Virus record (IMG/VR): IMGVR_UViG_3300025769_000089
From: an uncultured virus (IMG/VR IMGVR_UViG_3300025769_000089)
Lineage: Duplodnaviria > Heunggongvirae > Uroviricota > Caudoviricetes
Strand: one strand, 5' to 3'
DNA length: 20,000 nucleotides
The position numbers and the translations under genes were made by a program. The stretch's first letter is position 1, and every line of letters starts with the position of its first letter. A model generated the notes under the pieces. That model did no database searches and had not been told where the DNA came from. It saw nothing but the letters and a program-made list of their open reading frames with translations. Below, in pieces: positions 1-8,125 of this stretch.

Positions 1-1011
1 ATTTCCACCACTCAGGGCTTCTATTGCAGAAATCCTCCTACATTCACTGCTTTCCGCCCATTCAAAGTGATGAGCGTCAGAAGAAAGACCTGCGCCGTTT
101 GGCCAGTAAATGTTACTACTGGCTCCTAAATCAGGCGCTTTGTAGGTAGTAGTCGGGATACGAGTGCCGTCTTTGATAAGTAAGTAATTACCTACTGCTG
201 CGTCAGCGCCTTTTATTGTAAGTGTATCGACATCTACATATCCTTGACCGGGATGAATATTTGTGACAGGATTTACTGCTGAACCTGCACTAGCAGTCCC
301 GCAATTGTTCTGGTCAACTACTTCTCTACCAAGGCTGTAGTAAAGCCACTTTGGACTATGTAGTGGCATTTCTATAGAACCGCCCATGTGATGGACTTTT
401 CCTGTCTGCTGAACTGCTACTTGCCTACCTAATCCGACTACATGATAACTGTGCAAATCAACCTTAGTGTCGGGTAATGTCATGAAAGAAGCAAGCCCTA
501 GGAAGCCGTCTATCAAACTAGCCTCCTTTGTATCAGAAGCATTCGCATGTAATACTGTTTCGTTATTACCAGCGACGGTTGGTAAACCAGTCGAATGGAT
601 GAGAATGCTGTCACCTGTGCCACTAGTCACTGACGCTTGTGTAAGCGCAGGTACAATCTTAATCTTAGTCACTGAATCAAATGTGTGGTCTATGATTGTA
701 TACAAACGACTCTTCATGTCAGTGTAATAGTAAGAAGAAAAGTTGTTTTGACCAGACGCTGTCGAATGAAATGACATCTTCTGACCAATCAACATACCTA
801 CAGGAACTTTTAGCGCAGCCTTAGCGCTCTCGAATATACTGGCGTTACCAGACGCTGTTCCTGCAAATACTATCTCTGTATGTGTGGGATTACTAATATC
901 AGTAGTGGCTGTCCATGTACAAGGTTCGTTGTGCTCAATCATCAGGCTTGTTTCATGCCCCATGACAACTTCGGAGACATCTCCCTTATAGTGAGCACCA
1001 AAGCCACTCAT
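1..1011 (-). CDS. Putative major tail (tube) protein, partial; runs off the left edge and is absent from the ORF track
   Basis: Hand translation from ATG 1011 (ATGA overlap with the TGA of 1008..1481) is open for 337 codons to position 1: MSGFGAHYKGDVSEVVMGHETSLMIEHNEP...IDGFLGLASFMTLPDTKVDLHSYHVVGLGRQVAVQQTGKVHHMGGSIEMPLHSPKWLYYSLG... Beta-rich, and located right after the adaptor and terminator genes where siphovirus tail tube genes lie. Confidence 0.65.
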   Translation of the reverse strand, partial: MSGFGAHYKGDVSEVVMGHETSLMIEHNEPCTWTATTDISNPTHTEIVFAGTASGNASIFESAKAALKVPVGMLIGQKMSFHSTASGQNNFSSYYYTDMKSRLYTIIDHTFDSVTKIKIVPALTQASVTSGTGDSILIHSTGLPTVAGNNETVLHANASDTKEASLIDGFLGLASFMTLPDTKVDLHSYHVVGLGRQVAVQQTGKVHHMGGSIEMPLHSPKWLYYSLGREVVDQNNCGTASAGSAVNPVTNIHPGQGYVDVDTLTIKGADAAVGNYLLIKDGTRIPTTTYKAPDLGASSNIYWPNGAGLSSDAHHFEWAESSECRRISAIEALSGGN

Positions 1012-1481
1012 GGTATCATCTCCGCTAGTATTACAACTTCTACTTGGAATGTATGTCTAAACAGTTTTTTGGTTCGGTCTGACAGGTCAGTACGAGTCTT
1101 GAGAACCATGCGGTCAAAGTTTGCCCCGTCGCCTTTTCTACTGTTGTGGATAACTCTTCTCATTTCGTTTTCCATCTTTCTTAGCCTAGAACGACCTCTT
1201 GATGTTCTCATGTCGACTGTGATATTGTAACGGGTGGTGACGAAGTTGTACATCAAATCAGGTACTTCTTCGTTCTGGGCTGTCTCATAGCATAGAATGT
1301 AATCATGTCTTTGTAAATCAATACGCTTGCCCCTCTCAGGCGTTTCGTTGGCAATGTCTACAACTACAGGCTTTACATTGTCAGTATTGGCCCTGTTCCA
1401 ACCCTTGTCGGTACCAGAGTCATAATTCGCTGCCAGTATGTCAATGACTGTCTCAAGAGGCTCTTTCCATGTAGCAACCAT
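1008..1481 (-). CDS. Putative tail terminator / tail completion protein
   Basis: 157 aa, TAATG-coupled to the adaptor. Pattern (N-terminal helix, beta strands 'YNITVDMRT', helix 'RLRKMENEMRRVIH', C-terminal strand 'FRHTFQVEVV') and position before the tail tube fit lambda gpU / SPP1 gp17-like proteins. Confidence 0.55.
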   Translation of the reverse strand: MVATWKEPLETVIDILAANYDSGTDKGWNRANTDNVKPVVVDIANETPERGKRIDLQRHDYILCYETAQNEEVPDLMYNFVTTRYNITVDMRTSRGRSRLRKMENEMRRVIHNSRKGDGANFDRMVLKTRTDLSDRTKKLFRHTFQVEVVILAEMIP

Positions 1482-3088
1482 TACGAGAACACCACCACTT
1501 CTTTGTAGCGGGTTAACAGTTCTTCTGCTTCTTTTCTAAACAATTGAATCTTAGAACCCAAGTCAACATTCTGCGAGCCCTCCGGTATCAAGACGCTGCG
1601 GTCATCTGATAGTAACAAATCAGCCGCTACCATCTTAGTAGCAGCCTCTTCTATGGCCTTCTCAAGATACCTTTCGCCATAGATGTAAGATACCTTGACA
1701 GAGTTGTGTTCAAAGAAAGGATATGAATTGTTGAAATAAACTATTCCCATCTCAGCGTCTAGCCACCAGTCACGCAATCTCGCTTGGTCACCACTAGAGG
1801 AGCCGCCTTGTAAATCGAGTTGAAGCAAGTGCTGAGTAATAGTCCCGCTAGATTGCGCTGTCCCTACTACATTTGCACAGCCAGTAAAGGTAGTACTAGT
1901 CTTACCAGTGTAGCGAATTATATTTGTTCCATCTGTAAATACGCCAGCATGGGCAAAACCCGCAGTGCTACCTACCGTTATTACACCATTTGCTCCCGAA
2001 GGGAAAGTACCTGTAAATGTCCCTGATGCGCCGGAAACTGTAGCAGTATTAGTAGTGACTTGTGAAAAATTAATGTCAGCAGAATTACTGACTATGCTAC
2101 AAACTTCACCTGCTTTAGTCTGTTTCATACTAGTGACTTTTAATTGACCGCTACCATAGTCAGCATTAGCGCTCGCAAAAAATTCTTGATGAACCCCTGC
2201 TGCGTTAGTGTTTGAACCTTCTGGATAAAAAGCGGGTTGGAATGTTAGTTGCGCCTTTTCTGCCCTGTCTTCTTTATTAATTAAATCAGCAAGGCTTTGT
2301 GCAGCACTAATTTTGTCAGTAGCAACTGACCACTTTGTACCAATTATTTGAACGCCAGAATCAGCCTCTAATGTTGCTGCACTACCATTACCGGGTGACA
2401 TAACTATAAATTTCTCATCAAGTGCTCTAACATCATCAGGTAATTGTATACGAACTTCTGCACCACATATTTCTCTATAATCTTCACCTTGCCACATTTC
2501 TATTCTAAGCATCTGTTGGACATTTCTAAACAATAACGGAGTAGTACCAACATAGTCAGTAAAGTATCTACGCCTGTACGGTTTGTATGTATCGAAGTTT
2601 AGGTATTCTGCTGAGACTAGATAAGGTCTCCAAGCATTGTGAGTAATGTTGTCAATACGGTCCTGTACTTCTTTGATTCTGGTTTCGACAGTAGACTTTT
2701 TCATACCACGAGTTTTACCATCAGTAAACGATGCTAAATTTTGCACATATCCGTTGTCTGTGGTTTCGTAAAGACCGGGATTTATCGCACCGATAAATGT
2801 TAACTTGACACCACTTGTTGTAGAAGTCACTGCTGTTATTGTTTTTTCTGCTCCTACTGGGTCAGCATCACTATAAATTAATATTTTATCATTGTAAGAA
2901 AAACCCACATTTCTGTAATCTCCGCCTGTCACAAACACTGCATTTGCTTCTGCGTTTGCAGACATCAAGACTGCTTCGCTAGGACCTATACCAAGCAGGT
3001 CTGCAACTTTTTGAGCAGTAGTGTAAACTATTGCATCAGGGTCGAAAGGCCGAGTCTCAGGCTCTCCGGGTGAAAATATAGCAGGCAT
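1481..3088 (-). CDS. Head-tail adaptor/connector (HK97 gp6 / SPP1 gp15-like) with large beta-rich insertions
   Basis: Connector-like segments 'YTTAQKVADLL', 'VETRIKEVQDRIDNITHNAW', 'VKVSYIYG..LEKAIEEAATKMVAADLL', 'EAEELLTRYK' are spread across 535 aa. Position is between head and tail genes. Confidence 0.65.
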   Translation of the reverse strand: MPAIFSPGEPETRPFDPDAIVYTTAQKVADLLGIGPSEAVLMSANAEANAVFVTGGDYRNVGFSYNDKILIYSDADPVGAEKTITAVTSTTSGVKLTFIGAINPGLYETTDNGYVQNLASFTDGKTRGMKKSTVETRIKEVQDRIDNITHNAWRPYLVSAEYLNFDTYKPYRRRYFTDYVGTTPLLFRNVQQMLRIEMWQGEDYREICGAEVRIQLPDDVRALDEKFIVMSPGNGSAATLEADSGVQIIGTKWSVATDKISAAQSLADLINKEDRAEKAQLTFQPAFYPEGSNTNAAGVHQEFFASANADYGSGQLKVTSMKQTKAGEVCSIVSNSADINFSQVTTNTATVSGASGTFTGTFPSGANGVITVGSTAGFAHAGVFTDGTNIIRYTGKTSTTFTGCANVVGTAQSSGTITQHLLQLDLQGGSSSGDQARLRDWWLDAEMGIVYFNNSYPFFEHNSVKVSYIYGERYLEKAIEEAATKMVAADLLLSDDRSVLIPEGSQNVDLGSKIQLFRKEAEELLTRYKEVVVFS

Positions 3089-3549
3089 TACTGTCCCCCT
3101 GCGGGATATTGTGCATAATGGTCTTGCATAGTGTAATCATTTTGAGGGTCTAGTGCGTTGTAATAACTGGCCTGTTCTATTTGTTCCTGCAATGTTGGAG
3201 GAGGTAAACCTTGCTGTTCACGAGTGAACCTACTAGGTTCACCTCTAAAGTTCCTTCGAAGAGGGGAATAGAATTGAGCGCCCGGTTGATACTTGAAACC
3301 GCCCCCTGCTCCATATATGCCCATTTCACGCAATATATCATTTACAGCATTGCGTTCAGCAAGTGTAGAAATCGTATCCCCTGCATCTAAGGCTCTATCA
3401 TAACCTGTGGCAAGTCCTGCAAATGAACCGTCACCTTCCCTTAAATACGGGCGAGTTCTTTTAGCCTCTCTAACAAATTTAGCGGGACTTTGCCTCTGAA
3501 AGTCTTGTATTGATTTCAACAAATCCCACGCTGCATCAAAAGCCTTCAT
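3088..3549 (-). CDS. Hypothetical protein with N-terminal 'AFDAAWDLLK' motif (possible capsid-targeted internal protein)
   Basis: 153-aa ORF, purine-rich SD (GGGGAG) before ATG 3549, TAATG-coupled to the adaptor. Confidence 0.6.
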   Translation of the reverse strand: MKAFDAAWDLLKSIQDFQRQSPAKFVREAKRTRPYLREGDGSFAGLATGYDRALDAGDTISTLAERNAVNDILREMGIYGAGGGFKYQPGAQFYSPLRRNFRGEPSRFTREQQGLPPPTLQEQIEQASYYNALDPQNDYTMQDHYAQYPAGGQ

Positions 3550-3593
3550 CTGCTCTCCCCCTAACTAAGCCATGACACGATACATGATTAAAT

Positions 3594-3878
3594 CTACTGC
3601 TCTTTCACTCCTAAATTGAAGTCCACCTGCTTACCACAAGTCCTGCATTTGTCGACCCAACAGAAGTAAAGCATACCGCAATGTTTGCATCGTGTGCCGC
3701 TACCAATGTTCAGGACATCGCCAGCATTCTTGTTACGGTTACGCTGCTTCATAGTAAACCCAGCAAGTGGGTTGTCTTCGTTAGTTCTAACAGAAGCACC
3801 GTAAGACTCGTCTAGCCTGATGCCACGCTTCTGCAAGCGTTTTATGTCATCAAGACCAAGGTTACCAAAAGATTCCAC
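3594..3878 (-). CDS. Small zinc-ribbon protein
   Basis: 94 aa with CKHC-x10-CRTC near the C-terminus; GTG start preceded by SD GAGGTGG. Confidence 0.7.
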   Translation of the reverse strand: MESFGNLGLDDIKRLQKRGIRLDESYGASVRTNEDNPLAGFTMKQRNRNKNAGDVLNIGSGTRCKHCGMLYFCWVDKCRTCGKQVDFNLGVKEQ

Positions 3879-3887
3879 TCAACCACC

Positions 3888-4061
3888 TCAAACTGTGGTC
3901 AAGAATATGTAGATGTTACCAAGTATTACATGCGGGTCTACTGCTACAGGAGTATTGGTACTCATTGCATTTACAATATCAGTTTGTATAGCGGTTCTCT
4001 TAGTAGAGTCGTTAAAGTCTGCTTGTGCAAACGGACCAAGTATTATACATGTCTTAGTCAA
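3888..4061 (-). CDS. Small hypothetical protein (57 aa), not in the ORF track
   Basis: TTG 4061 preceded by SD AGGTGA; translates MTKTCIILGPFAQADFNDSTKRTAIQTDIVNAMSTNTPVAVDPHVILGNIYIFLTTV* (TGA 3888-3890). Fills the gap between flanking minus-strand genes. Confidence 0.75.
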   Translation of the reverse strand: MTKTCIILGPFAQADFNDSTKRTAIQTDIVNAMSTNTPVAVDPHVILGNIYIFLTTV

Positions 4062-4085
4062 TTAAATCACCTTCTGCTAGGTGAA

Positions 4086-4619
4086 TCAAGCCCTGCTACC
4101 AAGAATCCAAAATCTACCTTTATAATCTGCATCAGCCTGAGTTGAAACTGCATTACCATGAGTAAATTGTACTCTTTTAGCAACTGTATCAATACCTACA
4201 TGGAAATCTCCGTTTTCAAGAGTTACTGCACCTTGTTGTGGGCCGAATTTACCTAGTATATCTCTATCTGCAACGGCTGTTACCAAACCCGGTGATTCTA
4301 GCAAAATGGAAGTAGCACTGGCTACTCTTGTGATTGTAGCCACTCTTGCACCATTAACATAAATATCTTCTCCTTTACTGAAGTATAATCTAGCATCAAC
4401 ACTACCGACAGTAATACTGTTACTTCCTGCCGCATGCCCTCCGGGGTTGTCTATTGCTATGCCTGTACTGAAAGTAGTATCTTCCAAATGACCGCTTGCG
4501 GCAAAAACCTGCCCTAGTAGTCCGTCGTAAGATACACTACCACCGTCGGTATCAAATGTTCCTGTTATCATGAGCATATCGCCCATTACATGCGTTCTTG
4601 TATCAATTGTTGCTGTCAT
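4086..4619 (-). CDS. Putative virion structural protein (decoration / minor capsid-like)
   Basis: 177 aa, Gly/Ser/Thr and beta-rich, TAATG-coupled, downstream of the MCP. Confidence 0.5.
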   Translation of the reverse strand: MTATIDTRTHVMGDMLMITGTFDTDGGSVSYDGLLGQVFAASGHLEDTTFSTGIAIDNPGGHAAGSNSITVGSVDARLYFSKGEDIYVNGARVATITRVASATSILLESPGLVTAVADRDILGKFGPQQGAVTLENGDFHVGIDTVAKRVQFTHGNAVSTQADADYKGRFWILGSRA

Positions 4620-5050
4620 TATTCTTCAACTCCGTCTGTCTTTACGATAGTGTTCTCTTTTATAGTCTCTTCTACCACTTCTTCTGCTACAGGTTCAGGA
4701 GCGACCTCCTCAACCACTGGCTCTGGTGCCGGTGGATTGAGGGTGGTCTTTACCTTATCCAAGAGTTTTGCTTTAGTAGCATACCCTGTTACGGTTACTC
4801 CTTTCTCCTTTAGCCATCCTGTAATATCCTTCTTAGTCCAGCCTTCGTCAGGTAATCCGTCGTTTCCTTCGTCTACTGTGACACCTTCGTCGCCTTCTAT
4901 GAGTAGATTCCTAGGACCCTTTTGTCTTGCCCAGTGTCTGTATTTGTTCAGCCACTCTTGGGAAACTTCTCTAACTTCGCCACGATGCATTTCTGTATCG
5001 TCTCGTAATTTGAGATAAGGGTTAGAACCTATGTAGGTTATCTTGGGCAA
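4619..5050 (-). CDS. Small head-cluster protein with HeH/LEM-like helix-extension-helix domain and acidic tail
   Basis: TTG start with SD GAGGTGAGG; 'WTKKDITGWLKEKGVTVTGYATKAKLLDKV' fits the HeH-like pattern common in genes after phage MCPs; EPVVEEVAPEPVAEEVVEE tail. Confidence 0.6.
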   Translation of the reverse strand: MPKITYIGSNPYLKLRDDTEMHRGEVREVSQEWLNKYRHWARQKGPRNLLIEGDEGVTVDEGNDGLPDEGWTKKDITGWLKEKGVTVTGYATKAKLLDKVKTTLNPPAPEPVVEEVAPEPVAEEVVEETIKENTIVKTDGVEE

Positions 5051-5061
5051 GTTTCCTCACC

Positions 5062-5475
5062 TCAAGAACAGATTACCCACAAATTCATAGGAACTACTGG
5101 TGTACCACCTGCGGTAAATGTTAACGAATCGTCAGCGTTTGTCTCTGTGCTAATTACTGCACCGACACCTGCTAATCCTCCGTTAGAACCACATATTACT
5201 GCGTGTATCTTACTTGCTCCGCCGCCAATAGTTGCGACATCACCTGTTGCCATTACTGTAGTTACTTGGAAACATGCTAGTTTAAGTCCCGGTGCCGCTT
5301 TTCCATCTGTGTTAGATGCGTTAAAGCCTGTTAGTGAACCCGGATAAGAACCACCTGAGTTTCCATCTAGCCAGTTTGTATCACTACCTAGTGTTCCTGC
5401 ATATAAGTCCAACTCAAATAAGTTTTGGTATACGCCTGCGTCTCCTGATTTTTTTGTTAATGTTATTGCTGCCAT
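5062..5475 (-). CDS. Putative capsid decoration / minor capsid protein
   Basis: 137 aa, G/A/T/S-rich beta protein immediately after the MCP; SD GGAG(A)TGA. Confidence 0.5.
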   Translation of the reverse strand: MAAITLTKKSGDAGVYQNLFELDLYAGTLGSDTNWLDGNSGGSYPGSLTGFNASNTDGKAAPGLKLACFQVTTVMATGDVATIGGGASKIHAVICGSNGGLAGVGAVISTETNADDSLTFTAGGTPVVPMNLWVICS

Positions 5476-5514
5476 ATTTAATCATCTCCTAATATTTTAT
5501 TCTCCATGTTATCC

Positions 5515-6684
5515 TCATTGTAGGTCACGGATAGAACCTTGACCTCCGAAGAAAGTTGTCCATATCTCACCCATGGTTCGGTAAAGACCTTCCTGACCCA
5601 ATCTGTTGATTGCGAATGGGTCACCAGTCTCGATACCGGACTCAAAGTATTGTGTAGGCTTAGCAGTACTGTAGTATAGGTAGTCAGTATCTAGCATGTA
5701 AACTCTGCTAATTCCGTCTGCTTCGACATCCTTGGATGGAATGATAGGTACACCATTGTAAGTTGCTACAATGAAACCTGCTTCCATACCCGGTACACCT
5801 TTAACACCGTTGTAAGTTGGGACTACTCTCTTTTCTTCCATGAATCTTTGTTGGCTTTGTAGTAGTTGTTGAAGTCTCATCAAAGTATCATATCCAGTTA
5901 GCATAACCTTTGGATTTCCACCTCTCTGCCAAATCTTTCTGAATAGTTCATCAAAGTGGTCGAGAGATAGAGTTCTGTTGGTAGGGGTACCACCAACACC
6001 GTTAACTGACATCTCAGCGTTAGCCCATGATGCGTTAGCCTCACGGTCTATTGAATAGATATCTAAGTCAGTTGCGTCGCTGAGGTGACCTGTTCCGTCT
6101 GCAATTGCACTTGTGCTGGTAGTTAGAGAGGCAGCGTGACCAGCGGTGACACGGTCAAGTGACTCGATATCATTACCTGCTGGGTTGTCAGCGTCTCTAA
6201 GTAGCATCTTGTTAATCATCTCTGCGTGGTGCTTACCCATTTCTTCTTTCAATACTGAGCGAATGTCACCTAGACCGTCATCCTTGTCGTTAAGGAAGAT
6301 TGCTACTTCAGACATGTCGAATGAGTGAGCAACGGTTTTTGGCTTTGCTGCAACATTTTGGAAAGTTGGCTTTTGAGTTTCAGGTAGAGTACCGTTCTCT
6401 GCAATTCCACCGCCAACGGTAGCAGAAGGCTTAGCGGTTACTACACGCCATCCACTTCTGTCCCATGGCTTCTTAGGTAGGATAGAGAAAGCGTTGAACT
6501 CTTGGTTCAACTGACTCCATACTTTTCTACCGTAGATTGCTTGGTATGTTCCTGCTGTTGTGCTCAATAGAGGAGCATCTGCTTTCAATAGTTCTGAACC
6601 TGTGTAGGAATATCCCATGCTTTGTCCAGCACCATAGTAGTAGCGCTCCATATCATTTACTGTTCTCATATAATTTCTTGCCAT
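5515..6684 (-). CDS. Major capsid protein (HK97 fold)
   Basis: 389 aa after the protease/scaffold with strong SD AAGGAGG. HK97-type segments: 'GGIAENGTLPETQKPTFQNVAAKPKTVAHSFDMSE', 'LKEEMGKHHAEMINKMLL', 'ATYNGVPIIPSKDV', 'VYMLDTDYL'. Confidence 0.92.
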   Translation of the reverse strand: MARNYMRTVNDMERYYYGAGQSMGYSYTGSELLKADAPLLSTTAGTYQAIYGRKVWSQLNQEFNAFSILPKKPWDRSGWRVVTAKPSATVGGGIAENGTLPETQKPTFQNVAAKPKTVAHSFDMSEVAIFLNDKDDGLGDIRSVLKEEMGKHHAEMINKMLLRDADNPAGNDIESLDRVTAGHAASLTTSTSAIADGTGHLSDATDLDIYSIDREANASWANAEMSVNGVGGTPTNRTLSLDHFDELFRKIWQRGGNPKVMLTGYDTLMRLQQLLQSQQRFMEEKRVVPTYNGVKGVPGMEAGFIVATYNGVPIIPSKDVEADGISRVYMLDTDYLYYSTAKPTQYFESGIETGDPFAINRLGQEGLYRTMGEIWTTFFGGQGSIRDLQ

Positions 6685-6696
6685 TCATATTCCTCC

Positions 6697-7557
6697 TTAG
6701 TTGGTAAATACACTCCCTGCGAGTCGGTGAACTTCGTCCCAACTCATGCTTCCAAGTGCCTCAGTAGATGGGATTTCTACATTAGCCATATCACTGCTCT
6801 TACGAATTGTTGATTCTGGGGCAGCGCTTGAAATGTTATCGATTCTGTTGCTCAAGTCAGACAGAGCCTTTTCGATGTTAGCAAGAGGTGTTCTTGCGTC
6901 AAAGGAAGCGGCTTCTCTTGCTTGTGCTTCATGAGTAAGTTCTTTGTTTAGTCTGTCAGCGAATACGCCGCTTAGGTTGTGCTTGAATTGTTCTTCAAGA
7001 GCCGCTGCTTTGTAAACTTCGTAGGCTGCTTCTACATCAGTAGGAGAAACTGCACTTGGGTGCAAGTATCCTTTTGCTACTGTTCCACCGCCACCGGAGT
7101 TAATTTTACCGACTGCGTTAGTAGAAGGAGAGCCACCTTCTTGGGCTCGACCCTTTACTTGTCCAGCGAAGTAATCAGCACCGTCACCAATTTGTTCTGG
7201 TGTGCTACCTAGATTAGCCTTAGAGATTCCGTCAAAGTGGTTTCTTGCACCGCTAATGTCGACACCTTGTGATTTCAAGGTGTTTTCCATCCAGTTTAGG
7301 TATTCACTAGAAATAACATCGGAGTATTCTCCTTTTGCCATTCCGTCATGTTCGCCTTTGTCAGCGCCGTACATTTTTTCGTCTTTATCTTTATCAGCCA
7401 TTTCTTTCGCCTCGTCTTTTTCGTCTTTATCGTCTTTCTTGTCTTCCATGTGTTCTCTAAGACCTGCTGGCATTTCACCCTTCTCCATTGCGTCTAGGCG
7501 GCCATTCAGTCTGTCCAACACACTTGACAATTCTGTCATTGCATCTGTTTCTGTCAT
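6697..7557 (-). CDS. Nested in-frame scaffolding protein (internal start within the protease gene), 286 aa
   Basis: GAAGGAGG SD (GGAGG at 7566-7570) 8 nt before in-frame ATG 7557 (MTETDAMTELSSVLDRLNGRLDAMEK), right after the protease domain ends. Confidence 0.65.
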   Translation of the reverse strand: MTETDAMTELSSVLDRLNGRLDAMEKGEMPAGLREHMEDKKDDKDEKDEAKEMADKDKDEKMYGADKGEHDGMAKGEYSDVISSEYLNWMENTLKSQGVDISGARNHFDGISKANLGSTPEQIGDGADYFAGQVKGRAQEGGSPSTNAVGKINSGGGGTVAKGYLHPSAVSPTDVEAAYEVYKAAALEEQFKHNLSGVFADRLNKELTHEAQAREAASFDARTPLANIEKALSDLSNRIDNISSAAPESTIRKSSDMANVEIPSTEALGSMSWDEVHRLAGSVFTN

Positions 7558-8094
7558 ATCAATATCCTCCTTCAATATACGGAATGTCGCCTCCGGGTTA
7601 ATACCTTTTTCACAAATGGTGACCTCATGTAGTTCCAGTTTGGAGATTTCTGTATAGTCACCATGTTGTTGGTCACTCTTTCGCATTCTCTTGAATGCTT
7701 GTCCTCCAATACTGAAACCTCTAAGGGCTCCTTTGCGAATCTCTTTGGCAACTTCTCTTGCCTTTTCTATGTCGTCTCGTAGTTTAATGACTACGAACAT
7801 ACCAGCGTCGTCGACACCGGATTTCCAAACTCTGCCATCAGAGTCAGTGTAAGATGGAATAACACTTCCAACTTGTATGTTTGAGTGAGCAAGTTGTACA
7901 TTTCGGTAACCATCTGCTTTCATGAAGTCGCCAAAAGCATTTTTCAAAGCGCCTCTGGTAATCAAATCTCCTTGCTTGTCTACCATCTCAACAGATGCGT
8001 ATCCAGCGATTACCAAGTCATTATCAGCCTTGATTAAATTGATGCTACCATTGTGAGTAACCGGAGAGGTTCTCAGCATCGAACTGGCTGTCAT
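6697..8094 (-). CDS. Prohead (maturation) protease, HK97 family, fused to C-terminal scaffold
   Basis: 'VIAGYASVEMVDKQGDLI', catalytic His in 'QLAHS', Ser in 'GFSIGG', 'LHEVTICEKGINPEA', followed by an acidic coiled-coil C-terminal half. ATG 8094 preferred over the track's GTG 8112 because a TATA-like box lies about 25 nt upstream. Confidence 0.9.
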   Translation of the reverse strand: MTASSMLRTSPVTHNGSINLIKADNDLVIAGYASVEMVDKQGDLITRGALKNAFGDFMKADGYRNVQLAHSNIQVGSVIPSYTDSDGRVWKSGVDDAGMFVVIKLRDDIEKAREVAKEIRKGALRGFSIGGQAFKRMRKSDQQHGDYTEISKLELHEVTICEKGINPEATFRILKEDIDMTETDAMTELSSVLDRLNGRLDAMEKGEMPAGLREHMEDKKDDKDEKDEAKEMADKDKDEKMYGADKGEHDGMAKGEYSDVISSEYLNWMENTLKSQGVDISGARNHFDGISKANLGSTPEQIGDGADYFAGQVKGRAQEGGSPSTNAVGKINSGGGGTVAKGYLHPSAVSPTDVEAAYEVYKAAALEEQFKHNLSGVFADRLNKELTHEAQAREAASFDARTPLANIEKALSDLSNRIDNISSAAPESTIRKSSDMANVEIPSTEALGSMSWDEVHRLAGSVFTN

Positions 8095-8118
8095 CGTTTC
8101 TATAGACGACACTCATAC

Positions 8119-8125
8119 TATTTAA
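8119..8125 (-). promoter_or_regulatory. Putative archaeal TATA box for the protease/scaffold/MCP transcript
   Basis: TTAAATA on the minus strand about 25 nt upstream of ATG 8094, with no SD, consistent with a leaderless transcript. Confidence 0.45.

Noticed and set aside
5476..5517. Stop-codon readthrough fusing the MCP to the in-frame 5062..5475 gene
   Set aside because: The spacer contains additional in-frame stops (TGA GGA TAA CAT GGA GAA TAA), and no slippery sequence was seen.
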